Of a stretch of DNA of 64,000 nucleotides, positions 16,595-25,367 are shown piece by piece. The stretch's first letter is position 1. Every line of letters begins with the position of its first letter. The translations under genes and the position numbers were made by a program. Below the pieces are notes generated by a model. That model did no database searches, was not told the origin of the DNA, and saw nothing but the letters and a program-made list of their open reading frames with translations. Location: NCBI GenBank assembly GCA_028867145.1, contig JAGWGX010000001.1, forward strand, positions 27,829 to 91,828. The letters run 5' to 3'. The stretch comes from Candidatus Micrarchaeota archaeon. GTDB lineage: Archaea > Micrarchaeota > Micrarchaeia > Micrarchaeales > CABMGC01.

Positions 16595-16768
16595 ATGTCA
16601 ATTGAGCTGGTAGACAAAAAGCAGATACGCGAGAGCATATTGAAGGAGGTTAGCTTCAGCACCGAGGAAGTGAAGAAGCTTATACACAAGGACCATCTTC
16701 CGCCGCAAGACAATCTAGACATCCTAAGGAATGCAATAGATAAGGTTCTTGGCAAAGCGCCCTCCTAG
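16595..16768 (+). CDS. Small hypothetical protein (57 aa); not in ORF track
   Basis: MSIELVDKKQIRESILKEVSFSTEEVKKLIHKDHLPPQDNLDILRNAIDKVLGKAPS*. Its composition looks more protein-like than the antisense 62-aa track ORF. Confidence 0.35.
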   Translation: MSIELVDKKQIRESILKEVSFSTEEVKKLIHKDHLPPQDNLDILRNAIDKVLGKAPS

Positions 16769-16807
16769 TCTTTTTATTTTTATCCTGTGAATAGGATAGC
16801 GATTAAG

Positions 16808-17785
16808 ATGCGAAACATAGCGGTGCTCACCCACTCGGCTGACATTGACGGGGTAGGATGCGCGGCACTCATCAAGATAAAGTATAATCTTCCCTCAAAT
16901 CGACTCTTTTTCTCTGGGTACGCAAAGGATGACATACTCTTTGCGGAAAAGAAGATGAGGAAGTTCTACGGAAAGGACTTCGTGCTGTTCATAACGGACC
17001 TTAGCCTAAACGACCCGGTGATTGAGGTCTGGAGGACAATAATAAAGAGGATCAAGGCAAAGGGAGGGAAGGTCTTCTGGTTTGATCACCATCCTTGGAG
17101 CAAGATGGCGCTAGACAGGGTGGCAAAAGAGTGCGAGGTTGCAATCGTTGGAGAGAATGAGAAGCACTGCGCCACGGAGATAACAAGGATGGAGCTTGGG
17201 CTCGACACCCCTTTCATAAACGAGTTCACAAGGGTGGTACACTTCTCCGACTTCAACTTAAAGCCAAGGGACGCAAGGTCAAGAAATTTGATAAAGGCAT
17301 ATGCGCTTAGTATAACCTCCTTCACAAAAGCAAGGTCTAAGGAAGGCATACAAAAGATACTCAGGCACTATGCGGACGTGATAAGCGGTAGGAGATTCAC
17401 GGATGATAGGATACTTAACGAATCAAAAAGGTTTGAGAAGCTAAACAACGACAGGATAAAGAAGATGCTAAAGGAGCTCTACCTTGTGGGGAAGGAGATT
17501 GCAGTTGGTTTCACTACCGGTGTCCAGTCAACAAACGGATGCGGAGCGATAATTCAGGCTACGGGCAGAGACATAGGAATAATTGTGGACACTGTTGCAG
17601 GAAAGGGAAGCATGAGGACGATCAAAAGTGACATCTCGGAATTCGCAAAGAGCCTGGGAGGCGGAGGGCATCCGCATGCTTCGGGATTTGAGATAAACAC
17701 CAAAAAATATCCGCTTAAGTCAAAGTCTGACAGGGAGGCGTTTGTAAAAAGAATACAGACAGGAGCGCAAAAGTTCAATTTATAA
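16808..17785 (+). CDS. DHH/DHHA1 family phosphoesterase (NrnA/RecJ-like)
   Basis: Motifs HSADIDGVGCA, FITDLS, WFDHHPW and GGGGHPHASGF. The ATG at 16808 is preferred over the GTG at 16787. Confidence 0.8.
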   Translation: MRNIAVLTHSADIDGVGCAALIKIKYNLPSNRLFFSGYAKDDILFAEKKMRKFYGKDFVLFITDLSLNDPVIEVWRTIIKRIKAKGGKVFWFDHHPWSKMALDRVAKECEVAIVGENEKHCATEITRMELGLDTPFINEFTRVVHFSDFNLKPRDARSRNLIKAYALSITSFTKARSKEGIQKILRHYADVISGRRFTDDRILNESKRFEKLNNDRIKKMLKELYLVGKEIAVGFTTGVQSTNGCGAIIQATGRDIGIIVDTVAGKGSMRTIKSDISEFAKSLGGGGHPHASGFEINTKKYPLKSKSDREAFVKRIQTGAQKFNL

Positions 17786-19009
17786 TTAGGCGCTTATTGT
17801 TCCAAATCCTGACAGCCTCCATCTCTGGGCAAAGTTTCGCAGAATTGAGATTTTTGCAGTTGGATCTGCACACACTGGCCTCTTTAGGTCGACAACTATT
17901 GAGTTCTTCTTTGCGGTCTTTATGTAACCCACAGTAGTTGCTGTACCAATTCCCAAAATTATTGGCTCGCCGTCCTTGAATGCCTGCTTTGGAATGTCCT
18001 CTCTGCTTAGAAGAGTGTACTTGAGCGTAAGTGAATTTACCGTAGGCGGCAATTTGCCCACGTGTCCCACAAGGCTTCCGACCAGGCTGTCGGTCTTGGT
18101 GAATGAGGGGTCAATTGAGGTCCCTACCGCAATAAGACCTCCCGGCACTGCCTCAGTTAGCGATGCGGTCCCGGATGAGAGGCTCTCAATGGTTGTTATA
18201 ATCGGCTCGTACGATTCCTTCTTTCCCTTTTCTCTTGTGGTATTAATACCTGGCCTTATCTCAATCTCATCGCCGACCTTGAATGTTCCCTTGAAGACGG
18301 ATCCTCCAAAAACTCCACCGACCAGTCCCTTGATTTCAGTTCCCGGCTTGTTGACGTCAAATGATCTTGCGATGTACATCAGCGGCTGTGCAGCGGTGTC
18401 GTGCTTTGGAAGCTCCATGAGTGCAATTTGCTCGAGCACTGCATCCACATTAACGTTCTTGTTTGCCATCACCGGAATTATCGGGGCGTTTGCCGCGACT
18501 GTTCCAGCAAGGAACTTTTTAATCTGCTCATAGTGGACCTTTGCTTTCTCCTTTCCGACAATGTCCACCTTTGTCTGCACTACAATTATCCTTTTTATCC
18601 CAAGCGATGAGATGAGCATCAGGTGCTCTCTTGTCTGCGGCATCGGGCAGGGCTCTGTCGCCGAAATCACAAACATCACCGCATCGATTATGTTTGAGCC
18701 CGCAATTGCGGTTGCCATGAGCGTCTCGTGCCCCGGCGCATCAAGAAGCGAGATTCGCCTAAACGGCTCTGGCTTTTTGTCAGAAGCCTCGCATTTATCT
18801 CCTACCGTGTAAGCGCCCGGTCCTTCGCAGTCGGGGCACTTCTTGATTATTGCATCCGCATAGCCGAGCTTTATCGTCATCGATCGCTTCAGGGACTCGC
18901 TGTGCCGATCCGTCCACACTCCCGTTATCGCCTTGGTGAGGGTGGTCTTGCCGTGGTCGACGTGGCCCAGCGTTCCTATGTTAAACTCGCTCTGCTTGAA
19001 ATCCTTCAT
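17786..19009 (-). CDS. eif2g: Translation initiation factor aIF2 subunit gamma
   Basis: NIGTLGHVDHGKTTLTKAITG, DAPGHE, QTKVD, and a Cys-containing knuckle CPDC...C. The three-domain length fits aIF2-gamma. Confidence 0.92.
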   Translation of the reverse strand: MKDFKQSEFNIGTLGHVDHGKTTLTKAITGVWTDRHSESLKRSMTIKLGYADAIIKKCPDCEGPGAYTVGDKCEASDKKPEPFRRISLLDAPGHETLMATAIAGSNIIDAVMFVISATEPCPMPQTREHLMLISSLGIKRIIVVQTKVDIVGKEKAKVHYEQIKKFLAGTVAANAPIIPVMANKNVNVDAVLEQIALMELPKHDTAAQPLMYIARSFDVNKPGTEIKGLVGGVFGGSVFKGTFKVGDEIEIRPGINTTREKGKKESYEPIITTIESLSSGTASLTEAVPGGLIAVGTSIDPSFTKTDSLVGSLVGHVGKLPPTVNSLTLKYTLLSREDIPKQAFKDGEPIILGIGTATTVGYIKTAKKNSIVVDLKRPVCADPTAKISILRNFAQRWRLSGFGTISA

Positions 19010-19016
19010 TTGTTAC

Positions 19017-19406
19017 TCACTCGGTCTTTTTTGGCTTTGGTACAAAGAGCTCCGTTAGGGGCTTTGCTCCGTACTCAGTGATAAATGTGTTTATCTGCTG
19101 AGTGTCGTTTGTTATCTGGTTGCCGCGAACTAGCTTTCTTGCCCTAAAGCCATGCTTTGCGTGCCTAATGCCAGCCCCGCCGCTAAGCAAAAGGGCTGCC
19201 TTTCTTGTCCCCTCGACATTCATCCTTGAGGGAGTGCCCGAGGTGTCGCTAAGGCCGGTTATCTGCAGCTTGAAGCCCTCAAGCCCTACTGCAAATCCGT
19301 CGACAACGTCCCCTATCTTCTTTCCTAGAAGCGTGCCTTCGATGTCCTTTGGGACCTCCAACTGTGCCGTCTTTCCGCTTTTCTTATCTGAGAATACTAT
19401 CTTCAT
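19017..19406 (-). CDS. rps6e: 30S ribosomal protein S6e (eS6)
   Basis: GFKLQITGLSDTSGTPSRMNVEG...RKLVRGNQI matches the S6e core. Adjacent to aIF2-gamma, as in many archaea. Confidence 0.88.
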   Translation of the reverse strand: MKIVFSDKKSGKTAQLEVPKDIEGTLLGKKIGDVVDGFAVGLEGFKLQITGLSDTSGTPSRMNVEGTRKAALLLSGGAGIRHAKHGFRARKLVRGNQITNDTQQINTFITEYGAKPLTELFVPKPKKTE

Positions 19407-19426
19407 GAAATCACGAATATCATCTG

Positions 19427-21592
19427 CTATCTATACATTGAGCTAGGCTCATCCTTAAATCGCTTTATCCTCTCGGCAACTTCCTTGGAGATTGAGGGCT
19501 TTATATCGCCGAGCGCCTGCTCGAAGTCCTTCATCCCAACTATCTCCCTGCTCGCCCTAATAGCGTTCATCCCCGCCTCCCTGCAAAGGTTCTCAATCTC
19601 CGCGCCGGTGTAGCCTTCCGTCACGTTTGCAAGCTCAAGCACGTCGACGTCTTTGTCTAGCGGCATGTGCTTTAGGTGGACCTCGAAGATCTTCTCCCTT
19701 GTCCTTGGGTCTGGCATAGGAATCTCGATTATCTTGTCGAATCTTCCCGGCCTTAGCAGCGCAGGGTCGATTGTGTCAGGCCTGTTGGACGCAGCAATGA
19801 CCACCACGTTCTTTAGCTCTTGAAGTCCGTCCATCTCGATTAGGAGCGTGTCCACGACCCTCTCTGTTACAAGAGAGCCGCTTCCACCGAACTCGCCGCC
19901 GCGAACATGCGCTATAGAGTCTATTTCATCAATGAATATTATGCAAGGTGATGCCATTCGAGCCTTCCTGAAAAGTTCTCTAACAGTCTTCTCGCTGTCA
20001 CCAACAAACTTGCTTAGTACCTCTGGTCCCTTTATTGTAATGAAGTTTGACTCCCTCTCTGTTGCAACTGCCTTTGCAAGCATTGTCTTTCCAGTTCCAG
20101 GTGGGCCAACTAGCAAGACTCCTTTCACAGGCCTAATTCCCATCTTCGTGAATGCCTGTGGGTTCTTGAGCGGCGCCTCTATTGCCTCCTTGAGCTCCTG
20201 CTTTACCCTGTCAAGACCTCCCACATCGGTCCAATGTATGTTTGGTCTCTCGACAAACACCTCCCTTAGCGCGCTTGGCCTTATGTCCTTTAGAGCTTCG
20301 ATGAAATCGTTTCGCGAGACCTTCAGGTTCGCTAGCGTCTCCATAGGTATTGGCTTGTCTAGGTCAATTGTCGGGAAGAGCTTTCTTGCCTGCGACATCG
20401 CAGCCTCACGAACAAGCGCAGAGATGTCGGCGCCTGTGTATCCATGGGTTATGTTCGCAAGCTCCTCGATTTTTACGTCGTCAGCTAGCGGCATGTCCCT
20501 TGTGTGAATCTGAAGTATCTCCTTTCTTGCATCCCTGTTTGGAACCCCAATCTCGATTTCCTTGTCGAATCTTCCAGGCCTTCTAAGAGCAGGGTCGATT
20601 GAGTCCGGCCTGTTTGTAGTCGCAAGGACTATTACCTGACCTCGGTTTGGCATTCCGTCCATAAGGGTTAGAAGCTGCGAAACCATTCTTCGCTCGACCT
20701 CATTTGTCGCCTCCTCCCTCTTTGGCGCAATCGCATCGATCTCGTCCATGAAAATTATTGTCGGCGCCTTCTCGTTTGCGTCCTTGAAAATCTCTCGAAG
20801 TTTTTCTTCGCTCTCCCCAACGAACTTGCTCACAAGCTCCGGGCCCGATATGGAGATGAAGTTTGCGACATCGCTCTCGTTTGCTACTGCCTTTGCAAGT
20901 AGCGTCTTTCCGGTTCCAGGAGGGCCAAACAGAAGCACTCCTTTTGGCGCGCTAATTCCTAGCGTCTCGAATAGCTCAGGCCTTCTAATTGGTAGCTCTA
21001 CCATCTCCCTGATTTTGTGAATCTCAGTCTTTAATCCTCCGATATCCTCATAGTGAACCTTACCGATTCTCATCACGGACTCTGGAACTGGCTCTTCTCT
21101 TACCACAAAGTTTGTGTCCTTTGTGACGCGAACTGTTCCGTGAGGGAGGACCTGCACTACAAGGAAATTAAATACGATGCCAAACATCGGTATAGGGATT
21201 ACGTCCCCCTTTACAAGTGGCCTGTTCTCCCACTTTCTCTTTGCATACTCGGAAAAATCAGGAGAAAGTGGAGGCCTCTGTCCCGGAGGTGGTGCAATTA
21301 CTACCTTGTCTGCCTCCTTTACCTCCGCTTTTGTGACAAGAATCTTGTCTCCTATTCCCCCTCCGACATTTTGCCTCAAATAACCGTCAATTCGAATGAA
21401 TCCCAGTCCCTCGTCGCTTGGGTGCGCCTGCCAGACTATTGCGGCGGTTGACTTTGTCTTGCCTTTTATCTCAATGATGTCACCGGAAACCACATCTAGC
21501 AGCTTCCTTGACTTTGAATCTATCCTGGCGATGCCTCTACCCGAATCAGTAACCAAAGCGTCCGCAACAGTTAATTCGATGCCCTTTGACAT
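19427..21592 (-). CDS. cdc48: Cdc48/VCP-like AAA+ ATPase (two AAA domains + N-domain)
   Basis: Two Walker A motifs GPPGTGKT, two Walker B motifs ([16 protein letters not shown]) and two second-region-of-homology blocks. N-terminal double-psi barrel-like domain. Confidence 0.93.
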   Translation of the reverse strand: MSKGIELTVADALVTDSGRGIARIDSKSRKLLDVVSGDIIEIKGKTKSTAAIVWQAHPSDEGLGFIRIDGYLRQNVGGGIGDKILVTKAEVKEADKVVIAPPPGQRPPLSPDFSEYAKRKWENRPLVKGDVIPIPMFGIVFNFLVVQVLPHGTVRVTKDTNFVVREEPVPESVMRIGKVHYEDIGGLKTEIHKIREMVELPIRRPELFETLGISAPKGVLLFGPPGTGKTLLAKAVANESDVANFISISGPELVSKFVGESEEKLREIFKDANEKAPTIIFMDEIDAIAPKREEATNEVERRMVSQLLTLMDGMPNRGQVIVLATTNRPDSIDPALRRPGRFDKEIEIGVPNRDARKEILQIHTRDMPLADDVKIEELANITHGYTGADISALVREAAMSQARKLFPTIDLDKPIPMETLANLKVSRNDFIEALKDIRPSALREVFVERPNIHWTDVGGLDRVKQELKEAIEAPLKNPQAFTKMGIRPVKGVLLVGPPGTGKTMLAKAVATERESNFITIKGPEVLSKFVGDSEKTVRELFRKARMASPCIIFIDEIDSIAHVRGGEFGGSGSLVTERVVDTLLIEMDGLQELKNVVVIAASNRPDTIDPALLRPGRFDKIIEIPMPDPRTREKIFEVHLKHMPLDKDVDVLELANVTEGYTGAEIENLCREAGMNAIRASREIVGMKDFEQALGDIKPSISKEVAERIKRFKDEPSSMYR

Positions 21593-21651
21593 AGAGTAAG
21601 CCCCAAAGTTAGTTTGTATTTAAAGTATATAAGAATATACACTCCCGTCGG

Positions 21652-22398
21652 CTAGAGGACTACGGCCCTTAGAACGAACGAGACAAGGAATGCAAACACC
21701 AGCATGGTTACAAGGTATGGCAGGAAGTAGAAAGGCATGATATAAGCGAAAATTAGCATTATCAGCGCAACTGTCATGATGTAGATTCCCCTGTTCCACT
21801 GCAGGACCTTGCTTCCGTCAAGCGGGAAAATGGGCAGCATGTTGAAGAATGCAAGAAGGAGGCTAATGTATAGCGTGAATGTTATCAAATTCTGGACGTA
21901 GCTTCCGGTGCCAGATGCGACCTGGCCAAGTCCTCCGGGTATGCTTGCGATAAAGTTTGGGAAGAGCGCAAATCCTACAAGGAAAAATACTCCAAAGACC
22001 ATGAAGTTGGTGAGTGGACCCGCCAAGGAAACTATTCCGTTCTCCCTGCTTGTGAAGCGGTTGGTGTAGATTATGGTTGCGCCAGGTATTCCGATCAGGA
22101 ATCCAAAGAAGCTGGTGACAATGGTGATCATCAAGCCGTTTAGTGAGGTCTTGAACGCTGCGACCGCGCCGAATTGCTGCGCGACAAACTTGTGCATTAG
22201 CTCGTGTAGCACAAAGGAGAGCGAGACCGCGATGAACGCTATTGGAAGTATGTAAAGCAGCGTTGCGGGAGAGTGCAAAAGCGCAGACGAGCCGCCCCCA
22301 AGCACGAACGTGAAAGCAAGAGTTAGGACTACGTCCGCAAGGACAAGGTCCTTTATCTCCTGAGAGTAGATTGGATGCCCGCTTAGAAAATCAGCCAT
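21652..22398 (-). CDS. Site-2 protease family (peptidase M50) membrane metalloprotease
   Basis: HELMHK zinc motif in a TM helix and NMLPIFPLDG motif. The start is set at MADFLSG (ATG 22398). The longer track ORF overlaps the divergent 22493 gene. Confidence 0.8.
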   Translation of the reverse strand: MADFLSGHPIYSQEIKDLVLADVVLTLAFTFVLGGGSSALLHSPATLLYILPIAFIAVSLSFVLHELMHKFVAQQFGAVAAFKTSLNGLMITIVTSFFGFLIGIPGATIIYTNRFTSRENGIVSLAGPLTNFMVFGVFFLVGFALFPNFIASIPGGLGQVASGTGSYVQNLITFTLYISLLLAFFNMLPIFPLDGSKVLQWNRGIYIMTVALIMLIFAYIMPFYFLPYLVTMLVFAFLVSFVLRAVVL

Positions 22399-22492
22399 AC
22401 ACTCACTTGATGCGCTCTTAATTATTATAAGCGTTTCAGTTAGCAAACGCCCATCAAAAAAAGAATATATAGGGCCACTCAAAGAAGGCTCT

Positions 22493-23170
22493 ATGCACAA
22501 AGGCACCACAGTAGCTGAGAAAAAATCCTGGGAGAAGTGGTGGAGGGAGGTGATAAGGCACAACGGTAAGGTGACCCAGTCTCCTTTCAACAAGAAGCTC
22601 TCCATAGACGGAAAGCATGTTCTTGATGTTGGATGCGGCAACCTGATAAATGAGTTTTACCTCGGGACTAAAATGGCCTCTTTTGTTGGCGTCGACCTCT
22701 CAAAGAGAGCCCTGGCAAAGGCAAAAAGGATATACCCACGCGCCAACCTGGTCTTGGCAGATGCGGCAAACCTGCCCTTTGCGGACAACACTTTTGACGT
22801 TGTTGTTTCAACGAATGTGCTCTTTTACTTGGGAGGAGATTTTGAAAGAAGCTTAAAGGAGATAACAAGAGTTGCGGCGGAAGCGGTGGTGCTCAATTTT
22901 GCTCACTCGGAAAGGCTGAAATATACAAAAGGGGATGAAAGGACCTTTGCAGGATGGAAAATATATGGGGAGGGATATGTGGGCGTCGATGAAGCGAGCA
23001 TTGCAAAGTTCCTCAATAAAAGAAATTATGAGGTAGTGAATATGGATGTGAGAACCGCCAAAAAGCAGGTAACGACTTCAATTGAAAATGGAGTTGTTAA
23101 ACATACTGAGATACCTTGGGACAGGGAACTTCGCTCCGAGATATACGTTGAGGCGACAAAGAGGGGCTAG
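22493..23170 (+). CDS. Class I SAM-dependent methyltransferase
   Basis: VLDVGCGNL (motif I), DLS (motif II) and FDVVVSTNVLFY (Methyltransf_11-like). Confidence 0.75.
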   Translation: MHKGTTVAEKKSWEKWWREVIRHNGKVTQSPFNKKLSIDGKHVLDVGCGNLINEFYLGTKMASFVGVDLSKRALAKAKRIYPRANLVLADAANLPFADNTFDVVVSTNVLFYLGGDFERSLKEITRVAAEAVVLNFAHSERLKYTKGDERTFAGWKIYGEGYVGVDEASIAKFLNKRNYEVVNMDVRTAKKQVTTSIENGVVKHTEIPWDRELRSEIYVEATKRG

Positions 23171-23214
23171 GGGCAAAGCTTTAATAAAATCTCTCGGCAT
23201 ATACTTCTCGTTAT

Positions 23215-23306
23215 AGCTCCATCGTCTAGTGGTCGCTACGCAAGTAGCCACAAAAGGATATCGCCCTCTGGAGGCGGTGACGCCAGTTCGAATCTGGCTG
23301 GAGCTA
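23215..23306 (+). tRNA. tRNA-Gln(CUG) with about 20-nt insert (putative non-canonical intron) in the D-loop
   Basis: Hand fold. Acceptor AGCTCCA/TGGAGCT + A73. D-stem GTCT/GGAT. Anticodon stem TCGCC/GGCGG with loop CTCTGGA. T-arm GCCAG-TTCGAAT-CTGGC. The D-loop is 28 nt and contains the hairpin GCTAC-GCAA-GTAGC (23235..23248). Confidence 0.75.
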
Positions 23307-23327
23307 TAATGAAAAAACAGACTTCTA

Positions 23328-23335
23328 TTTTTTTT
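23328..23335 (+). terminator. Oligo-T (T8) tract downstream of tRNA-Gln
   Basis: TTTTTTTT lies about 20 nt after the tRNA 3' end. Archaeal RNA polymerase terminates at oligo-T. Confidence 0.45.
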
Positions 23336-23394
23336 CAGGAAGAGAAAGAGCGGTTTAAAAGATTTGCCGTGCAGTATTATCTGGTTGTGGGATA

Positions 23395-23823
23395 ATGGCG
23401 CGCGAGCAATTCAAGGACCATGTGATTATCTGCGGATACGGCGTGGTGGGAGAGAGGATTGTGGAGATACTCCAGCAAAACAAGGTTCCCTGCATAGTGA
23501 TCGAGAAGGACATAAAGAAGGTTGAGTTAATTGAGGAGCGTGGGATTCCATTCATTGTGGGCGACGCGACATCCTCCAAGGCGCTAAAGGAGGCGGGAAT
23601 CGTTGATGCGAAGGCAATTGCGATTGTGATGGATGATGATGCAAAAAACCTCTTTACGGTCATAACGGCGAAGAGCTTAAACCCGAAGATAGTGATTGCG
23701 ACAAGGTCAAACGACGAGTTCTTGAAGAACAAGCTCGAGGGCGCGGGGGCGAACTTCATTGCCACGCCAAACATCTCGGCTAGCACCGAGCTCTTTGATG
23801 AGATACTAAAGGACCTGGGTTGA
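23395..23823 (+). CDS. Stand-alone TrkA-N/RCK (NAD-binding) domain protein
   Basis: VIICGYGVVGERIVEIL Rossmann motif. 142 aa with no TM segments. Confidence 0.75.
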   Translation: MAREQFKDHVIICGYGVVGERIVEILQQNKVPCIVIEKDIKKVELIEERGIPFIVGDATSSKALKEAGIVDAKAIAIVMDDDAKNLFTVITAKSLNPKIVIATRSNDEFLKNKLEGAGANFIATPNISASTELFDEILKDLG

Positions 23824-23827
23824 GAGG

Positions 23828-24604
23828 ATGGCAAGCAGACCCGAGGATGAAACAAGGAACGTCCTAGTCTCAGCCGTGCTGATAGGCGCTCTGGTAATGG
23901 CAAGCTCGATTGCGCTTCTCTTTCTTTTGACAAGCAACATCTACCTTGACGCATACTACACGATAGGCACCTTCTTTGGGGCCCCAAACACCGCAGCAGC
24001 AGGGGACCTTGCAGCGATCGCATTTGGATCAGATCCCCAGAAGTTTGCGGAGATTGTGGGAATCGTGGTAGTTGACAACCTGAGCAACATAATCGTGATC
24101 AGCTTCGTGATTGCAGCGGTGCTAGACATCATCAAGTTCACCGACCTGGAGCAGATAATAAACCAGTTCAAGGCCTCAAGGCTTGGTGACCACGTGATTG
24201 TATGCGGATACAACGAGGTGGCGCAGGAGCTTGTCGCAAAGCTGCGAAAGAAGAGGATAAAGGTGGTGGTGGTCGACCATGACAAGAAGAACGAGGAGAA
24301 GCTGAACTTGCAAAAGATAATAGTCATATCAGGGAAGTTCACGGAAGTTGAAGTGTTAAGAAAGGCCTCAATAGAAAATGCGCGTGAGATTGTGTTCACC
24401 TCAGCAAGCGACATCGACAATTTGATTGGCGCGATAACCGCAAAGAGGCTAAACGAGAAGATCAAGATAATAACGAGGGTCTCAAACGACGAGATAAGGA
24501 GCAAGATGTACAGGGTGGGAGTTGACATGTGCGTCCTCCCGGAGTACCTTGCCGGAATAGAGCTTGGGGAGCAGCTCTCTAGGATAATGAAGGTGGCAAA
24601 ATGA
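23828..24604 (+). CDS. Membrane protein with C-terminal TrkA-N/RCK domain (ion-channel-like)
   Basis: Two or three N-terminal TM helices, then HVIVCGYNEVAQELVAKL. The pore-like stretch YYTIGTFFGAP lacks the canonical TVGYG. Confidence 0.6.
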   Translation: MASRPEDETRNVLVSAVLIGALVMASSIALLFLLTSNIYLDAYYTIGTFFGAPNTAAAGDLAAIAFGSDPQKFAEIVGIVVVDNLSNIIVISFVIAAVLDIIKFTDLEQIINQFKASRLGDHVIVCGYNEVAQELVAKLRKKRIKVVVVDHDKKNEEKLNLQKIIVISGKFTEVEVLRKASIENAREIVFTSASDIDNLIGAITAKRLNEKIKIITRVSNDEIRSKMYRVGVDMCVLPEYLAGIELGEQLSRIMKVAK

Positions 24605-25338
24605 TTGAGTTCAAGGCGATACAAAAGCTGCTTGCGATTTTGCTTATCGCAATCTTTTGCTTCTCGACTGCCGCAACCCTTCTATCAGGGCAAGGGCTTT
24701 TCATCGCGCTTTTTTGGAGCTTCATGAACATTATCGGGGCTAGCTTCCCGCCATCCGCTGCGCTCGTAGACGCGCACAACCCGCTTCTGCTCTTTGCAGA
24801 GGCAATCGACATACAGGGCAGGCTCATAATAACGATAATTCTGACCACGATCTTCTACCAGCTGCTTGGGAGGATAAACCTGCGTGAGAAGGTAGTGCGC
24901 AGAAAGCTCTCAAAGCTCTCGGGACACGTGATAATGGTGCCGATGGACGGCATTGCAAACGAGCTTGTGAATAAATTCAAGCAGAGCAAGAAGGAGTTTG
25001 TGGTGGTGGAGCCAAACCCAAGGATGATAAAGAAGATCACCGAGCAGGGAATGCTTGGGCTCAACGCGGATCCCGCGGACCCTCAGGTGCTTGAGGATGC
25101 CGGGATAAAAAGGGCTTCATACCTTATGCTGCTTGATGAGGATGATGTGAAGAACACGCTGGTTGCAATAGAGGCAAAGAGGCTCAATCGCAATATAAAG
25201 ATAATCGCGAGGATAAAAAGGCAGGACGACATAGCGAGGATGAAGCGCGCGGGCATCTCGCGGATAATACTCCCCGAGGTCGCGGTGGGCAATGAAATCG
25301 CCAAATTTATAGAAAAATCGACAACTAAGAGTATTTAA
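24601..25338 (+). CDS. Membrane protein with C-terminal TrkA-N/RCK domain (ion-channel-like)
   Basis: ATGA overlap with the upstream gene. Two flanking TM helices, stretch FWSFMNIIGASFPP, then HVIMVPMDGIANELVNKF. Confidence 0.6.
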   Translation: MIEFKAIQKLLAILLIAIFCFSTAATLLSGQGLFIALFWSFMNIIGASFPPSAALVDAHNPLLLFAEAIDIQGRLIITIILTTIFYQLLGRINLREKVVRRKLSKLSGHVIMVPMDGIANELVNKFKQSKKEFVVVEPNPRMIKKITEQGMLGLNADPADPQVLEDAGIKRASYLMLLDEDDVKNTLVAIEAKRLNRNIKIIARIKRQDDIARMKRAGISRIILPEVAVGNEIAKFIEKSTTKSI

Positions 25339-25367
25339 AACTTTAAATCGTAGAGGTATTGATTAAA

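Noticed and set aside
22399-22641. An N-terminal 81-aa extension of the M50 protease ORF in the track (start 22641).
   Set aside because: The extension overlaps the divergently transcribed methyltransferase gene start (22493) and looks non-protein-like. The internal MADFLSG start gives a normal-length site-2 protease.
23355-24624. Two long (222-aa) antisense ORFs (23355..24023 and 23956..24624) overlapping the TrkA-N/RCK genes.
   Set aside because: Their translations are low-complexity (S/L/P/R/C-rich) with no motifs. The sense-strand genes have clear Rossmann motifs. These are typical shadow ORFs produced by codon bias.
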